The notes beneath the pieces were generated by a model. It did no database searches, was not told where the DNA came from, and saw nothing but the letters and a program-made list of their open reading frames with translations. Below, piece by piece: positions 1-9,244 of a stretch of 64,000 nt of DNA. Position 1 is the first letter of the stretch. Every line of letters starts with the position of its first letter. The stretch covers positions 78,620 to 142,619 of the forward strand of contig JARBTR010000004.1 in the NCBI GenBank assembly GCA_029240105.1, read 5' to 3'. The translations under genes were made by a program, and so were the position numbers. The stretch is from Bacillales bacterium (GTDB taxonomy: Bacteria; Bacillota; Bacilli; JARBTR01).

Positions 1-1128
1 ACGAACACGGAAAAGTCCATGTAACGCACCACTAAATTCATGTCGGTGAACCAATCCTAACTCTCCCATACGAATTGGGAAGTCACGATACGAGTGTAAG
101 TCATTTTTGTAAACTAGAATAGAGCCTGGGCAGTTCATTGGTTTTATCGCATATTCGTACTCATCTATTTCAGATGTATACATGTTTTCTCGGTAATTGA
201 ACCAGTGACCTGAAACTTCCCAAAGTTCTTTGTTTAACATGATTGGTGTTTTAACTTCTACATAACCTGCTTTTTTATGCTCGCGACGCCATAAGGCTTC
301 CAGTTCATTCCGAATGACCATACCTTTCGGCAAGAAGAACGGGAATCCCGGACCATAATCACTCATGAAAAATAGATCTAATTCTTTTCCCAATTTACGG
401 TGGTCACGCTTCTCAGCTTCTTCTAAAATATGCAAGTGCTGCGCTAGGTCTTCTTTTGTGAAGAAGGCAGTTCCATAAATACGTTGTAGCATTTTGTTTT
501 TGCTATCCCCACGCCAATAAGCACCCGCAACATTCAATAATTTGAATTCTTTTAACTTTCCAGTTGAAGGAACGTGTACACCACGGCAAAGGTCAACAAA
601 ATCTCCTTGCTCATACAAAGTTACTTGTTCATTTTCAGGAATAGCCCCAATTAACTCAACCTTATATTGGTCTCCAGCATCTTGGAAACGTTTTAGCGCT
701 TCATTACGAGTTACTTCGATACGTACAATCGGAATATTAGCGTCTATTACGCGTTTCATTTCTTTTTCAATTAACGGCAAATCTTCTGATGAAATAACAT
801 GCTCTAAATCCATGTCATAGTAGAAACCATTTTCGATTGATGGACCTACACCAAATTTTGCATCGGGATATAAACGCTTTACTGCATGTGCTAATAAGTG
901 CGCAGAACTATGTCGTAAAATTTCTAACGCATCATCGTGTTCGGGAGTAACGATTTCGAAACTCGCATCTTCCCCAATTGGTCTTGATAAATCATACAAT
1001 ACGCCGTTTACTTTACCGGCAATTGCTTTCTTGCGAAGCCCTGGACTAATCGATCCAGCAATTTCATCAGTTGTGATGCCGCGTTGGAATTCTTTGACTG
1101 CGCCATCAGGAAATTGAATTTTAATCAT
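1..1128 (-). CDS. thrS: threonyl-tRNA synthetase, N-terminal 376 codons (ORF runs off the left window edge, so it is absent from the ORF track)
   Basis: Minus-strand translation from ATG 1128-1126 reads [42 protein letters not shown]... (TGS domain) and stays open to position 1. SD aggaag lies 7 nt upstream. A Thr T-box leader is further upstream. Confidence 0.9.
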   Translation of the reverse strand, partial: MIKIQFPDGAVKEFQRGITTDEIAGSISPGLRKKAIAGKVNGVLYDLSRPIGEDASFEIVTPEHDDALEILRHSSAHLLAHAVKRLYPDAKFGVGPSIENGFYYDMDLEHVISSEDLPLIEKEMKRVIDANIPIVRIEVTRNEALKRFQDAGDQYKVELIGAIPENEQVTLYEQGDFVDLCRGVHVPSTGKLKEFKLLNVAGAYWRGDSKNKMLQRIYGTAFFTKEDLAQHLHILEEAEKRDHRKLGKELDLFFMSDYGPGFPFFLPKGMVIRNELEALWRREHKKAGYVEVKTPIMLNKELWEVSGHWFNYRENMYTSEIDEYEYAIKPMNCPGSILVYKNDLHSYRDFPIRMGELGLVHRHEFSGALHGLFRVR

Positions 1129-1264
1129 GATTTTCTTCCTTTCGAGTTTTTTAGTTCGAGGGATCGATTAAATTTTAAAAATTCGCAGTGGTTCGTTCCT
1201 GAGCTACGCTCAGACGAACTGTGCGTGCCTTCTGCTTACTAAGTTTTTCAAACTTAGAGCAGAA

Positions 1265-1490
1265 CGCAAAAAAGTCCCTCTTAGTTAAAAGAGGGACGAA
1301 TTAGTAAATTAATCCGCGGTTCCACCCACGTTTCATGCACGGCTGCATGACGCTCAAAACAGGATAACGGTCGTAGCCGTCAGTTATTTCATCTGCATAT
1401 GCAAAATCCCTAACTGAAGTTCAAAGGTGGTAAATGTTCTGTTTGTTGAGAAGCTTTCACCGTTGCTTCTCTCTCTAAAAACAATTCCAG
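1265..1490 (-). promoter_or_regulatory. T-box leader (Thr specifier) of thrS
   Basis: On the minus strand: AGAGAG and GGTGAAAGC stem I elements (about 1476-1453), candidate specifier ACC followed by A (1431-1428), T-box sequence GGGTGGAACCGCGG (1327-1314), then a terminator hairpin. Confidence 0.8.
1268..1297 (-). terminator. T-box attenuator terminator
   Basis: gtccctctt (1274-1282) pairs with aagagggac (1289-1297): 9-bp stem, 6-nt loop, followed on the minus strand by U6 (1273-1268). Confidence 0.8.
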
Positions 1491-1652
1491 GAACATTCTT
1501 GTCCTTATCGATACTTTTTATCATTATAAACGATATTTTATCCATTGGTTCCTAAAAAATCAAGTTCGGTATGAAACTTTTTTTAAAAATGGACAAACTA
1601 CATTCCAGACAGACTAGATTCTCATTTTGATCTAAACTAAGGAGATAAAATA

Positions 1653-2351
1653 ATGGCTCATTATAAAGATGTTTTTCTTGAATTATTCATAGGTTATTTT
1701 GCTCTTTTAATTCTTACTAAAATTTTAGGAAAAACGACTATATCTCAATCCTCTACATTTGACTTTATTGCCGTCTTGGTTTTAGGAGATCTTGTTGGTG
1801 CTGCCATGTATGCAAAGGATGCAAAAGTTTTCCATGTTCTTTTTGCAATTGCCATTTGGGGGGCACTAATTTTTTTTACTGCTTTAATCACACAAAAATT
1901 TCGAAAAACACGTTCAATTTTTGAAGGAACTCCACAACTTATTATCAATAAAGGAAAAATCGTCTTTGATGTACTCAAAAAAAATCAAATGGATCTAGAC
2001 CAACTATCAATGGGGCTCCGTTTGAAGGACGCTTTCTCCTTTTATGAAGTAGAATATGCTTTTCTAGAACCGAATGGCGATTTAAGTGTCATTAAAAAAA
2101 TGCCTTATAATACAGTTACTACTAAAGATATAAATCTAGCTCCAAAATCACATAGCCTTTCTTATCATGTTATTTTAGATGGTGAAATCATTGAACAGAG
2201 TCTCCAAGCTGCCCAAAAAGATAAATTTTGGTTACTCAATGAATTGAAGCATTACAATTATCAAAACGAAAAAGAAGTTTTTGTTGCGGAATGGAACGAA
2301 GAGACTGGACTTTTTATACAAGGATTTAAAGACGTAGGCAAGTCCTTATAG
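1653..2351 (+). CDS. DUF421 (YetF-like) membrane protein
   Basis: N-terminal TM segments with ILGKTTISQSSTFDFIAVLVLGDLVG, typical of DUF421/YetF proteins. SD aaggag lies upstream of the ATG. Confidence 0.7.
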   Translation: MAHYKDVFLELFIGYFALLILTKILGKTTISQSSTFDFIAVLVLGDLVGAAMYAKDAKVFHVLFAIAIWGALIFFTALITQKFRKTRSIFEGTPQLIINKGKIVFDVLKKNQMDLDQLSMGLRLKDAFSFYEVEYAFLEPNGDLSVIKKMPYNTVTTKDINLAPKSHSLSYHVILDGEIIEQSLQAAQKDKFWLLNELKHYNYQNEKEVFVAEWNEETGLFIQGFKDVGKSL

Positions 2352-2388
2352 TGATGACTTGCCTATTTTTTTATAAGATACAATTTCG

Positions 2389-3024
2389 CTATTTTACGAT
2401 TTTTTTATAGATGATATACGAGTATATAATCGGAATGGCAGAGCAAATAACTGCAGAACCAATAACAATCCACGGAACCCATATCATTGGGAGAAAAATT
2501 GACAGTAGGATTAAAAACCCAGAGATCATAAAACATCTCGCACCAATTCGATGCGTTTTTTTCCATACCGTCTCATTTGACAAAGTCCAAGGTGTCTTTA
2601 TCCCAACAAAATAGTTCGTTTTTACTTGTTGCATGTAATTTCCAATCACAATAAACAAGGCCCCTACTAATACACAAATAAGTTTTGCCATTTCAAGCTT
2701 GTGACCTAATCCAATATATATGGTTCCAAGATCAATTGCCAAGAAAATAAGTAGCATGCCATTAATAATAACAGAGTAACCTTTATCAAAAAATTTATAA
2801 TTTGCTTTTTTAGGATCGAGATTAGGTAAAAAAACCATTAGTACATACATACCAATAAGTAGTCCATGAAGCATAAAGAACGTCCCTAATTTAGATGTAT
2901 AATCATCTATCTCACCACTTGGCCCCCAATGTGTTGGCAATTCAGCAGGAAGTTCTTTATAAAAAATCGCCCATAAAATCAAGGATACCACTACTGCTAC
3001 TATAGGAAAAAGATGTTTTCTCAT
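2389..3024 (-). CDS. SdpI/YhfL-family membrane protein (DUF1648 + SdpI domains)
   Basis: PTHWGPSGEIDDY (DUF1648-like) and NYFVGIKTPWTLSNETVWKKTHR (SdpI-like) motifs, polytopic. Last gene of the ArsR-containing operon. Confidence 0.6.
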   Translation of the reverse strand: MRKHLFPIVAVVVSLILWAIFYKELPAELPTHWGPSGEIDDYTSKLGTFFMLHGLLIGMYVLMVFLPNLDPKKANYKFFDKGYSVIINGMLLIFLAIDLGTIYIGLGHKLEMAKLICVLVGALFIVIGNYMQQVKTNYFVGIKTPWTLSNETVWKKTHRIGARCFMISGFLILLSIFLPMIWVPWIVIGSAVICSAIPIIYSYIIYKKIVK

Positions 3025-3061
3025 TTTAAAAATTCTCCTCTTTTAGATGCTAAACAATATA

Positions 3062-3319
3062 TTAATTCTTTGAAATATTATATGCCCATCCTATTAAATC
3101 TTGTAAGACAGTTGTGTTTATCGAATAATATATAAACTGTCCTTGTTTAATGTCATGAACCAAACCTGCACCTTTTAAAATTTTTAAATGCTGCGAAATA
3201 CTCGGTTTGGTCATATCAAAATGTTCATGAATTTCACCAGCAGTCATATCCTTTTCTTTTAAAAGCTCTAAGATCTTCCGACGGGAAGGATCTGACAAAG
3301 CTTTAAATGTTTCATTCAT
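3062..3319 (-). CDS. ArsR/SmtB-family transcriptional regulator (SdpR-like)
   Basis: MNETFKALSDPSRRKILELLKEKDMTAGEI...SQHLKILKGAGLV winged-HTH signature. I prefer ATG 3319 (gaaagg about 10 nt upstream) over the TTG at 3349 used in the ORF track. Confidence 0.8.
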   Translation of the reverse strand: MNETFKALSDPSRRKILELLKEKDMTAGEIHEHFDMTKPSISQHLKILKGAGLVHDIKQGQFIYYSINTTVLQDLIGWAYNISKN

Positions 3320-3372
3320 TACATTCAACCTTTCGTAACTGATTCTCAAAAAAACTATTATTAAACTTAATG

Positions 3373-4149
3373 CTAATCTGAACGATTATTGATTCGATCC
3401 TTCTTTAAAAACAACCCAATACAAAGTAGTATCAGAACAAAAATGACGTTCGAATATATGGTCACCCATTGTTTTGATCCCATATTACCGTTTAAAACTC
3501 CTGTAGCATAGTCCGTTAGTTTCATTGGCAGATACTGATTCACTTTTTCAAACATGGTTAAAAACGCAAAACCAAAATAGAAAACAAATGAGCCAACCAT
3601 GCTCATTGTTGTACTTTTACTAAAATGAGAAATCACATTGATTAATACGATGAATACAAGCATGAAAAGATACAAACACATTAGTGAAAAAAAGCTGTGT
3701 TTTGGCATTTTATCAAATAAAACGATCGTATAAAAAACAAAGATAATCATTGAAACTAGGTAACTTAATGTAAAAACAATTACTTGTGAGCAAATATGAG
3801 ATAACAAAAATTCTTTTAATTTAACACCATTCATTTTTAATGTTGAATACGTACCTTTTACTTTCTCTCTTACGAGAATCGGTGAAAACATTGCAATTGT
3901 CACTAACAACACGATTTGCGTAATGTTTTTACTCAGTTGCGCAAATGCATCTATGTTAGTTGGTTTTGGGATTAAATTCGTAATCGCAGCATATTCTTCA
4001 CCCATCGATTTCAACAATTTCGGAGTGACTGCAGCTATTAATGGACTTTCCATCGCAAATAATGCCAACATGACTATCATAATGAGGAGCTTCTTTGACC
4101 GAATTAAGGCTGTTAAATCTTTTCTAAGTAAGATGAAAAAATTACTCAT
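3373..4149 (-). CDS. ABC-2 type transporter permease (YxlG-like)
   Basis: Six predicted TM segments. Overlaps the upstream ATPase gene by 8 nt (translational coupling). Confidence 0.6.
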   Translation of the reverse strand: MSNFFILLRKDLTALIRSKKLLIMIVMLALFAMESPLIAAVTPKLLKSMGEEYAAITNLIPKPTNIDAFAQLSKNITQIVLLVTIAMFSPILVREKVKGTYSTLKMNGVKLKEFLLSHICSQVIVFTLSYLVSMIIFVFYTIVLFDKMPKHSFFSLMCLYLFMLVFIVLINVISHFSKSTTMSMVGSFVFYFGFAFLTMFEKVNQYLPMKLTDYATGVLNGNMGSKQWVTIYSNVIFVLILLCIGLFLKKDRINNRSD

Positions 4150-5023
4150 TTTTCACACCTACCTCTTTTAAAAATATATCCTCAAGATTTATCTTTTTAA
4201 GATGTACGGATTCTACCATTAACCCTTTTTTATGCAAGATTTCAAAAACTTTATTTTGTGACTGGGTCAAATTCTTTGTCGTGATAGAGATGGTTTTTTC
4301 CTTAATTTCTAATGTTTCTTTCCACTCATCACTAAAAATCCGAAGTGTTTCAACATCATTGAACTCAATCACTAAAACACGATCATCCAATTGAATATCA
4401 CTTATCGACTTGTTCAGCAGAATGGACCCTTTATCAAGAAGAATGACATGATCACAAATTCGTTCGATATCACTCAAAATGTGTGAAGAAAAAATAATAC
4501 TCATTTTACCTTTTAGTTGACCTATTAAATCAAAAACCTCTTTTCTACCTATTGGGTCCAGTGCTGAGACTGGTTCGTCAAGGATTAGAACATCTGGTTT
4601 CATGATGATAGAAGAAGCAATTCCTAATCGTTGTCGTAAGCCCCTTGATAAACTCTTGATTCGCTTATTCAATTCTGCTTCAAGTCCAACCAATTTCACT
4701 GTCTCTTCAATTTTTGATTTTATATCACCCTTAAATTGATTTAATTCAAGGATAAATTTCAGGTACTCCTTCACTTGATAGAAGTCGTAAAATTCAGGCA
4801 CATCCTGCAGATAAATAATTCTCGTTTTGTTATCGTAGTGAATACGACCAGTGGTCTTTGGAATCAAATCCATGATGATCTTCATCGTTGTCGTTTTACC
4901 AGCTCCATTTGGGCCAAGAAGACCTACTACACTGCCAGCTTTTATTTCAAAAGAAACATTGTTCAATACACACACTGATTTATACATTTTTGTTAGGTTT
5001 TCAACTGATAAAATACTACTCAT
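4142..5023 (-). CDS. ABC transporter ATP-binding protein (YxlF-like)
   Basis: Walker A GPNGAGKTT, signature LSRGLRQR, Walker B ILDEP. Start taken at MSSILSVENL (ATG 5023), overlapping the end of the small upstream ORF. Confidence 0.9.
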   Translation of the reverse strand: MSSILSVENLTKMYKSVCVLNNVSFEIKAGSVVGLLGPNGAGKTTTMKIIMDLIPKTTGRIHYDNKTRIIYLQDVPEFYDFYQVKEYLKFILELNQFKGDIKSKIEETVKLVGLEAELNKRIKSLSRGLRQRLGIASSIIMKPDVLILDEPVSALDPIGRKEVFDLIGQLKGKMSIIFSSHILSDIERICDHVILLDKGSILLNKSISDIQLDDRVLVIEFNDVETLRIFSDEWKETLEIKEKTISITTKNLTQSQNKVFEILHKKGLMVESVHLKKINLEDIFLKEVGVKNE

Positions 5024-5210
5024 GGCGATCCTCAAATATCAAATAAGCGACTGAACCTAGTAAGTTAATTGCAATAATTAAAATAAACCATACGGGTTTG
5101 TTCAATGTCTTAACGAAGTCTTTTTTGTAAAGCTTGAAGCAACAGTAAAACTTAAGTGCAAACTCAATAATTAATATTGGAATGAGGAGCATAATCATTT
5201 TTTCATCCAT
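5016..5210 (-). CDS. small PLDc_N-domain membrane protein (YxlE-like)
   Basis: 64 aa with two TM helices, ending ...LLGSVAYLIFEDR, as in PLD N-terminal domain mini-proteins. First gene of the operon. Confidence 0.55.
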   Translation of the reverse strand: MDEKMIMLLIPILIIEFALKFYCCFKLYKKDFVKTLNKPVWFILIIAINLLGSVAYLIFEDRHE

Positions 5211-5234
5211 AAAAAGCGCCTTCTTTCTATTAGA

Positions 5235-5256
5235 TATTTAGTTATTTAACTAAATA
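5235..5256. promoter_or_regulatory. perfect 10-2-10 palindrome, candidate operator of the ArsR-family regulator
   Basis: TATTTAGTTA tt TAACTAAATA lies 25-46 nt upstream of the first start codon of the operon (5210). Confidence 0.3.
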
Positions 5257-5380
5257 CATTATATGCAATTCTTATATATAATTTCAACTTTTTTCCTTCA
5301 TTTCTCAAAAAATTTTTAGCAAATGGGTGAACCAAGATACTTAAATCAATTTCATTCGAGTACTATTTTATGAACATTAG

Positions 5381-5425
5381 AAATAAAAGCACTCAAATGG
5401 TATCTAGGATAACCATTTGAGTGCT
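5381..5425 (-). terminator. intrinsic terminator after the rhodanese/CoA-disulfide reductase operon
   Basis: agcactcaaatggt (5388-5401) pairs with accatttgagtgct (5412-5425): 14 bp, followed on the minus strand by a T-rich run. Confidence 0.7.
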
Positions 5426-5443
5426 ATGTGACATTTTACTTTA

Positions 5444-5758
5444 TTAAATTTTTAAATCAAAGTACACCGTCTCTCCTCGCCAAGCTGACATACCACCCAT
5501 AATGTTTACAACATCATAACCTGCTTTCGATAGATAGGCGGAAGCTTGGGCTGAACGCATGCCTGATTGGCAAATTACATAATATTTTTGCGACATATCA
5601 AGTTGTTCTATTTGTAAAGGAATGGTAGCAAGAGGCATTAATATGGCATCTTCAATATGCCCATACGCATGTTCGAAAGACTCTCGAACATCAATCACGT
5701 TGACTTTTTCTTTTCTAAAAAGGATATCAAATTCAGGCATTGCAATAGATTGATACAT
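5444..5758 (-). CDS. single-domain rhodanese sulfurtransferase
   Basis: Active-site loop CQSGMRS. I prefer the internal start MYQSIAMPEF (ATG 5758), which has GGAGG 9 nt upstream, over the longer ORF-track start. Confidence 0.8.
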   Translation of the reverse strand: MYQSIAMPEFDILFRKEKVNVIDVRESFEHAYGHIEDAILMPLATIPLQIEQLDMSQKYYVICQSGMRSAQASAYLSKAGYDVVNIMGGMSAWRGETVYFDLKI

Positions 5759-7406
5759 TTTTAATAACCTCCGTCGGCCTAACAGTTGAATATAACGCAA
5801 AGGATCCATCAAGATTGCTCACTATATAGCCAGCTTGTTTTAAAATTCTTTCAGCAATATAGCTTCGCTGTCCACTTTGACAACTCACAATTATGTCTTT
5901 GTTCTCTGGCAGTTCATTCAAACGGATGCGTAAATCATCTAAAGGAATGTTTGTTGCACCTTTCATGGCGCCGCGGTTGAATTCATTTGCCGTTCTAACA
6001 TCAAGTAGAAAAGCTCCCTCTGCTTGTTTCTCTATTAATTCATACCATTGAATGGTATCAGTCAATCCTTCTATAATATTTAATGCAGCATAACCAGCCA
6101 TATTAACAATATCCTTTGCAGAACCGAAAGGTGGTGCATAAGTGAACTCAAGTTCAGGCAAATCTTCTACTTTCAATCCAGCCTTTATGACCGTCGACAA
6201 AATATCAATACGCTTATCAATTCCGTCTTCACCAAAAGCTTGAGCTCCGTAAATATCGCCTGTTTTTGAATTAAATAGTAATTTCAATACAATTGGCTTT
6301 GAATTAGGGAAGTAGCCCGCATGATTTTTACCTTGAACATGTACACATTTATAGTCGAGATTTGCCATCTTCAACTGTCGCTCATTCAGTCCAGTTGAAG
6401 CAGCCGCCTTCCCAAAAACTCGCACTATGGATGTGCCAAGACTTCCTAAATTTTTACGTGAAAGACCTGAAATAACATCCGCTACTTGACGACCCTGGCG
6501 ATTAGCAGGCGACGCAAGCGAAATGAGAACTTCTTCCTTTGTAATGATATGCTTAACTAAGATTGCATCACCCACCGCAAAAATATCCTTGATAGTAGTC
6601 TCGTAATTTTCATCTACTAAAATACCACCTCTAGCACCTATTTCTACGCCTGCTTCAATTGCTAGAGCATTTTCCGGTTGAACCCCAACAGAAAGAATGA
6701 CTAAATCTGCTTCAAGAGCACTACCATCTCCTAAAATAGCGGTTCGCCCATCATCCTTGAATTCAACGACTGATGAACTTGTTAATACGTTCACGCCGTT
6801 TGCTTTTAGTTCTTCTGCCACAAAGGCAGCCATTTCTTCATCAAAAGGTGATAGAACATGTTTGGACCGCTCAACAATTGACACCTGGAGACCTCGATGT
6901 GCTAGACTCTCCGCCATTTCCAATCCTATGAAGCCAGCACCAATAACCATAGCTGTTTCGGGTTTACTTTCATCAATAAAGGCTAAAATTTTATCCATAT
7001 CATTTATATTTCGCAATGTAAAAACATTTTTTGCTTCACTAAGACCATTTATTGGAGGAATGAACGGCTTTGCACCAGGTGAGAGAATCAACTTATCATA
7101 ATCAAGTGTATATATTTCGTCACCACTGCGAACAATTACTAGTTTTTCCTCCGTGTCTATTTTGATTGCTTCGCTGTTTGGTCTTACGTCCAGTTGAAAC
7201 CGCGCTCTTAATTGTTCAGGCGTTTGAACAAGTAGACTTTGTCTTTTTTCAATCTCCTCGGAAACATGGTATGGCAAGCCACAATTGGCAAACGAGACAT
7301 ATGGACCTTTTTCGAGAACAATTATTTCTGCATGTTCATCTAATCTTCTCAAACGTGTTGCTGCAGACATACCACCAGCAACACCTCCAATAATAACTAC
7401 CTTCAT
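5733..7406 (-). CDS. CoA-disulfide (persulfide) reductase with C-terminal rhodanese domain
   Basis: GGVAGG FAD fold, redox Cys in SFANCGLPY, second Rossmann GAGFIGLE, C-terminal rhodanese with CQSGQRS. Confidence 0.85.
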   Translation of the reverse strand: MKVVIIGGVAGGMSAATRLRRLDEHAEIIVLEKGPYVSFANCGLPYHVSEEIEKRQSLLVQTPEQLRARFQLDVRPNSEAIKIDTEEKLVIVRSGDEIYTLDYDKLILSPGAKPFIPPINGLSEAKNVFTLRNINDMDKILAFIDESKPETAMVIGAGFIGLEMAESLAHRGLQVSIVERSKHVLSPFDEEMAAFVAEELKANGVNVLTSSSVVEFKDDGRTAILGDGSALEADLVILSVGVQPENALAIEAGVEIGARGGILVDENYETTIKDIFAVGDAILVKHIITKEEVLISLASPANRQGRQVADVISGLSRKNLGSLGTSIVRVFGKAAASTGLNERQLKMANLDYKCVHVQGKNHAGYFPNSKPIVLKLLFNSKTGDIYGAQAFGEDGIDKRIDILSTVIKAGLKVEDLPELEFTYAPPFGSAKDIVNMAGYAALNIIEGLTDTIQWYELIEKQAEGAFLLDVRTANEFNRGAMKGATNIPLDDLRIRLNELPENKDIIVSCQSGQRSYIAERILKQAGYIVSNLDGSFALYSTVRPTEVIKNVSIYCNA

Positions 7407-7720
7407 TATTTATTTCCCCCTTTGAGTGGACCTCTCCAATTCATCATGCCACCTTTAACATTGATAGCGTTATATCCTTTTGATATAAGGATGTCACTCG
7501 CTCTTTTACTCCTCATCCCCGATAGACAGATAATATACATTTTTTCTTCTTTTTTTCCGGTATAATTTAAAACAGTTCCTAAAGGTACATTTTTTGCACC
7601 AGGAATATGGCCCCCAACGAATTCGAAGGGTTCTCTTACATCTAAAATAGTTGGTTTCTCTGATAATATCTGCTGAAGCTCAGTTGTTGACATAGATGGT
7701 TTTTTGTTAAAGAAAAACAT
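7406..7720 (-). CDS. single-domain rhodanese sulfurtransferase
   Basis: 104 aa with CLSGMRS active-site loop. Its stop codon shares one nucleotide (7406) with the start codon of the reductase gene. Confidence 0.8.
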   Translation of the reverse strand: MFFFNKKPSMSTTELQQILSEKPTILDVREPFEFVGGHIPGAKNVPLGTVLNYTGKKEEKMYIICLSGMRSKRASDILISKGYNAINVKGGMMNWRGPLKGGNK

Positions 7721-8055
7721 AGAAATCCTCTTTTCTGTTTAATATTTTGAAATGAACGAACGGTTCATGAAATGACCTGGATTTCATTTTATAGAAAATA
7801 TGATCATTTTTAAGTAACAAAGTCACGAAAAAATAAGCTTCAAACCTACATAAAGTTATTGCAAAAATTTGATTTTTTGCTTCTGAGATAAATCAGTTTT
7901 AAAAAGCGTCTTATTATAAAAGTAAAAACACGACAAAGAATCACTATTTCTTAGTCGTGTTTTTATTGTTAAATCTAATTATTTTTCAGTTTATGTATAT
8001 ACAAATCTAAATCTCTTTATTTTTTTGAGGTGGTGATACTCAATATATTAAAGAT

Positions 8056-8538
8056 CTATTTATGTTCACTTTCAAATTTTAACAGCCATTCTTTTAAATG
8101 TATCTTCTCACCAGAGTATCCTGTATAGGAACCATTAGTCCCAAGTACGCGATGGCACGGTACAATAATGGTAAAGTTATTTGCACGGCAGGCTCCACCT
8201 GCGGCACGGCATCCCTTCGGACTTCCGGCATATTCTGCAATTTGCTTATATGTTAGAACCTCTCCGTAAGGGATCGTATTCAATACGTTCCATACAGCCT
8301 TTTGAAAATTCGTTCCCCTGTCATCAGATAAAGGTAGTTGAAACTCTTTTCGATTACCAGCAAAATACTCCTTCATTTGTCGTGTAGCTTCTAGTAAAAC
8401 AGTATCGTCCTGTTCCGGTATATCCTTATTTCTGTTCGGATCTTTCTTTTCATTGAGAAACAAAACTTCAATTAATTTCTCTCCGTCTGAAATAAATTCC
8501 ATAGGACCTAATGGCGATTGCATAATTTTTTTGTTCAT
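8056..8538 (-). CDS. ogt: methylated-DNA-protein-cysteine methyltransferase
   Basis: PCHRV active-site motif (IIVPCHRVLG) and YGEVLTYKQIA helix. Confidence 0.85.
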   Translation of the reverse strand: MNKKIMQSPLGPMEFISDGEKLIEVLFLNEKKDPNRNKDIPEQDDTVLLEATRQMKEYFAGNRKEFQLPLSDDRGTNFQKAVWNVLNTIPYGEVLTYKQIAEYAGSPKGCRAAGGACRANNFTIIVPCHRVLGTNGSYTGYSGEKIHLKEWLLKFESEHK

Positions 8539-8633
8539 CTTGTTGATCTCCCGAAAATGGTAATTGATGTTTCTATTTCATGCTAATCAAATAACACTCA
8601 CTGTGCAACCTATAATTTTTAAAATAAATAGGT

Positions 8634-9086
8634 TCAGGGTTTTCCCAAATGCAAATGCTTAAAATCCCATTTTTCCTTAAACTTATTGGTTGTTGAAACG
8701 CTAAATTGATAGATATCATCCTTACTTTTTACATGATATTCATAGGTGACATCTGGTTCGCTTTTAAAAATAACACCAATAGAGTATGGGCTTCTATGTT
8801 TATTTTTAGGATCACGATGATCAACTGTAGAAATAGTCCATTTTTCATTAGGATACCGTTCTTCTAAGTAGGGTTTAATGAATTCAATTTTCTTGTCAAT
8901 TTGAGAATCTATCCAAAAAGGACGTACCATAAAAAGTATACCGTACGCAACTAATGTAAAGAGTGCTAGTACCATACCGAATTTACGTCTTTTACCTTTT
9001 AATAAGAGTGAAATACAAAGAATAATTACAAACACAACCCCTACAATCGTAAACTCTATTACCTCAATTGGATGCACAAATACCAT
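8634..9086 (-). CDS. hypothetical membrane protein
   Basis: Two N-terminal TM helices followed by a charged soluble domain. No family recognised. Confidence 0.4.
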   Translation of the reverse strand: MVFVHPIEVIEFTIVGVVFVIILCISLLLKGKRRKFGMVLALFTLVAYGILFMVRPFWIDSQIDKKIEFIKPYLEERYPNEKWTISTVDHRDPKNKHRSPYSIGVIFKSEPDVTYEYHVKSKDDIYQFSVSTTNKFKEKWDFKHLHLGKP

Positions 9087-9244
9087 CTCCCTAATTATTA
9101 CAGTTAAATTAAAACGTAAACTTCTTTAGATAATGTTTAAGTTAATCAAATTGTTTTACAAAACACCTTTTTGTACCAAAATCTATTTTCACATTAAAGC
9201 ATACTAAAACTCCCCCATTTAAAAACAGGAGAGTCTTCTCGATT

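Noticed and set aside
1153-1163. Exact 11-mer tagttcgaggg in the thrS leader that matches the reverse complement of 56446-56456 in tandem unit A.
   Set aside because: By a rough estimate, several exact 11-mer matches are expected by chance when comparing a few hundred nt against 128 kb of two-strand sequence. The flanking similarity is poor and the orientation is inconsistent with the other weak matches.
5733-5812. 80-nt overlap between the reductase ORF and the downstream rhodanese ORF, considered as a possible frameshift or gene fusion.
   Set aside because: An internal ATG (5758) preceded by GGAGG at 9 nt explains the rhodanese gene as an independently initiated, overlapping cistron. No frameshift is needed.
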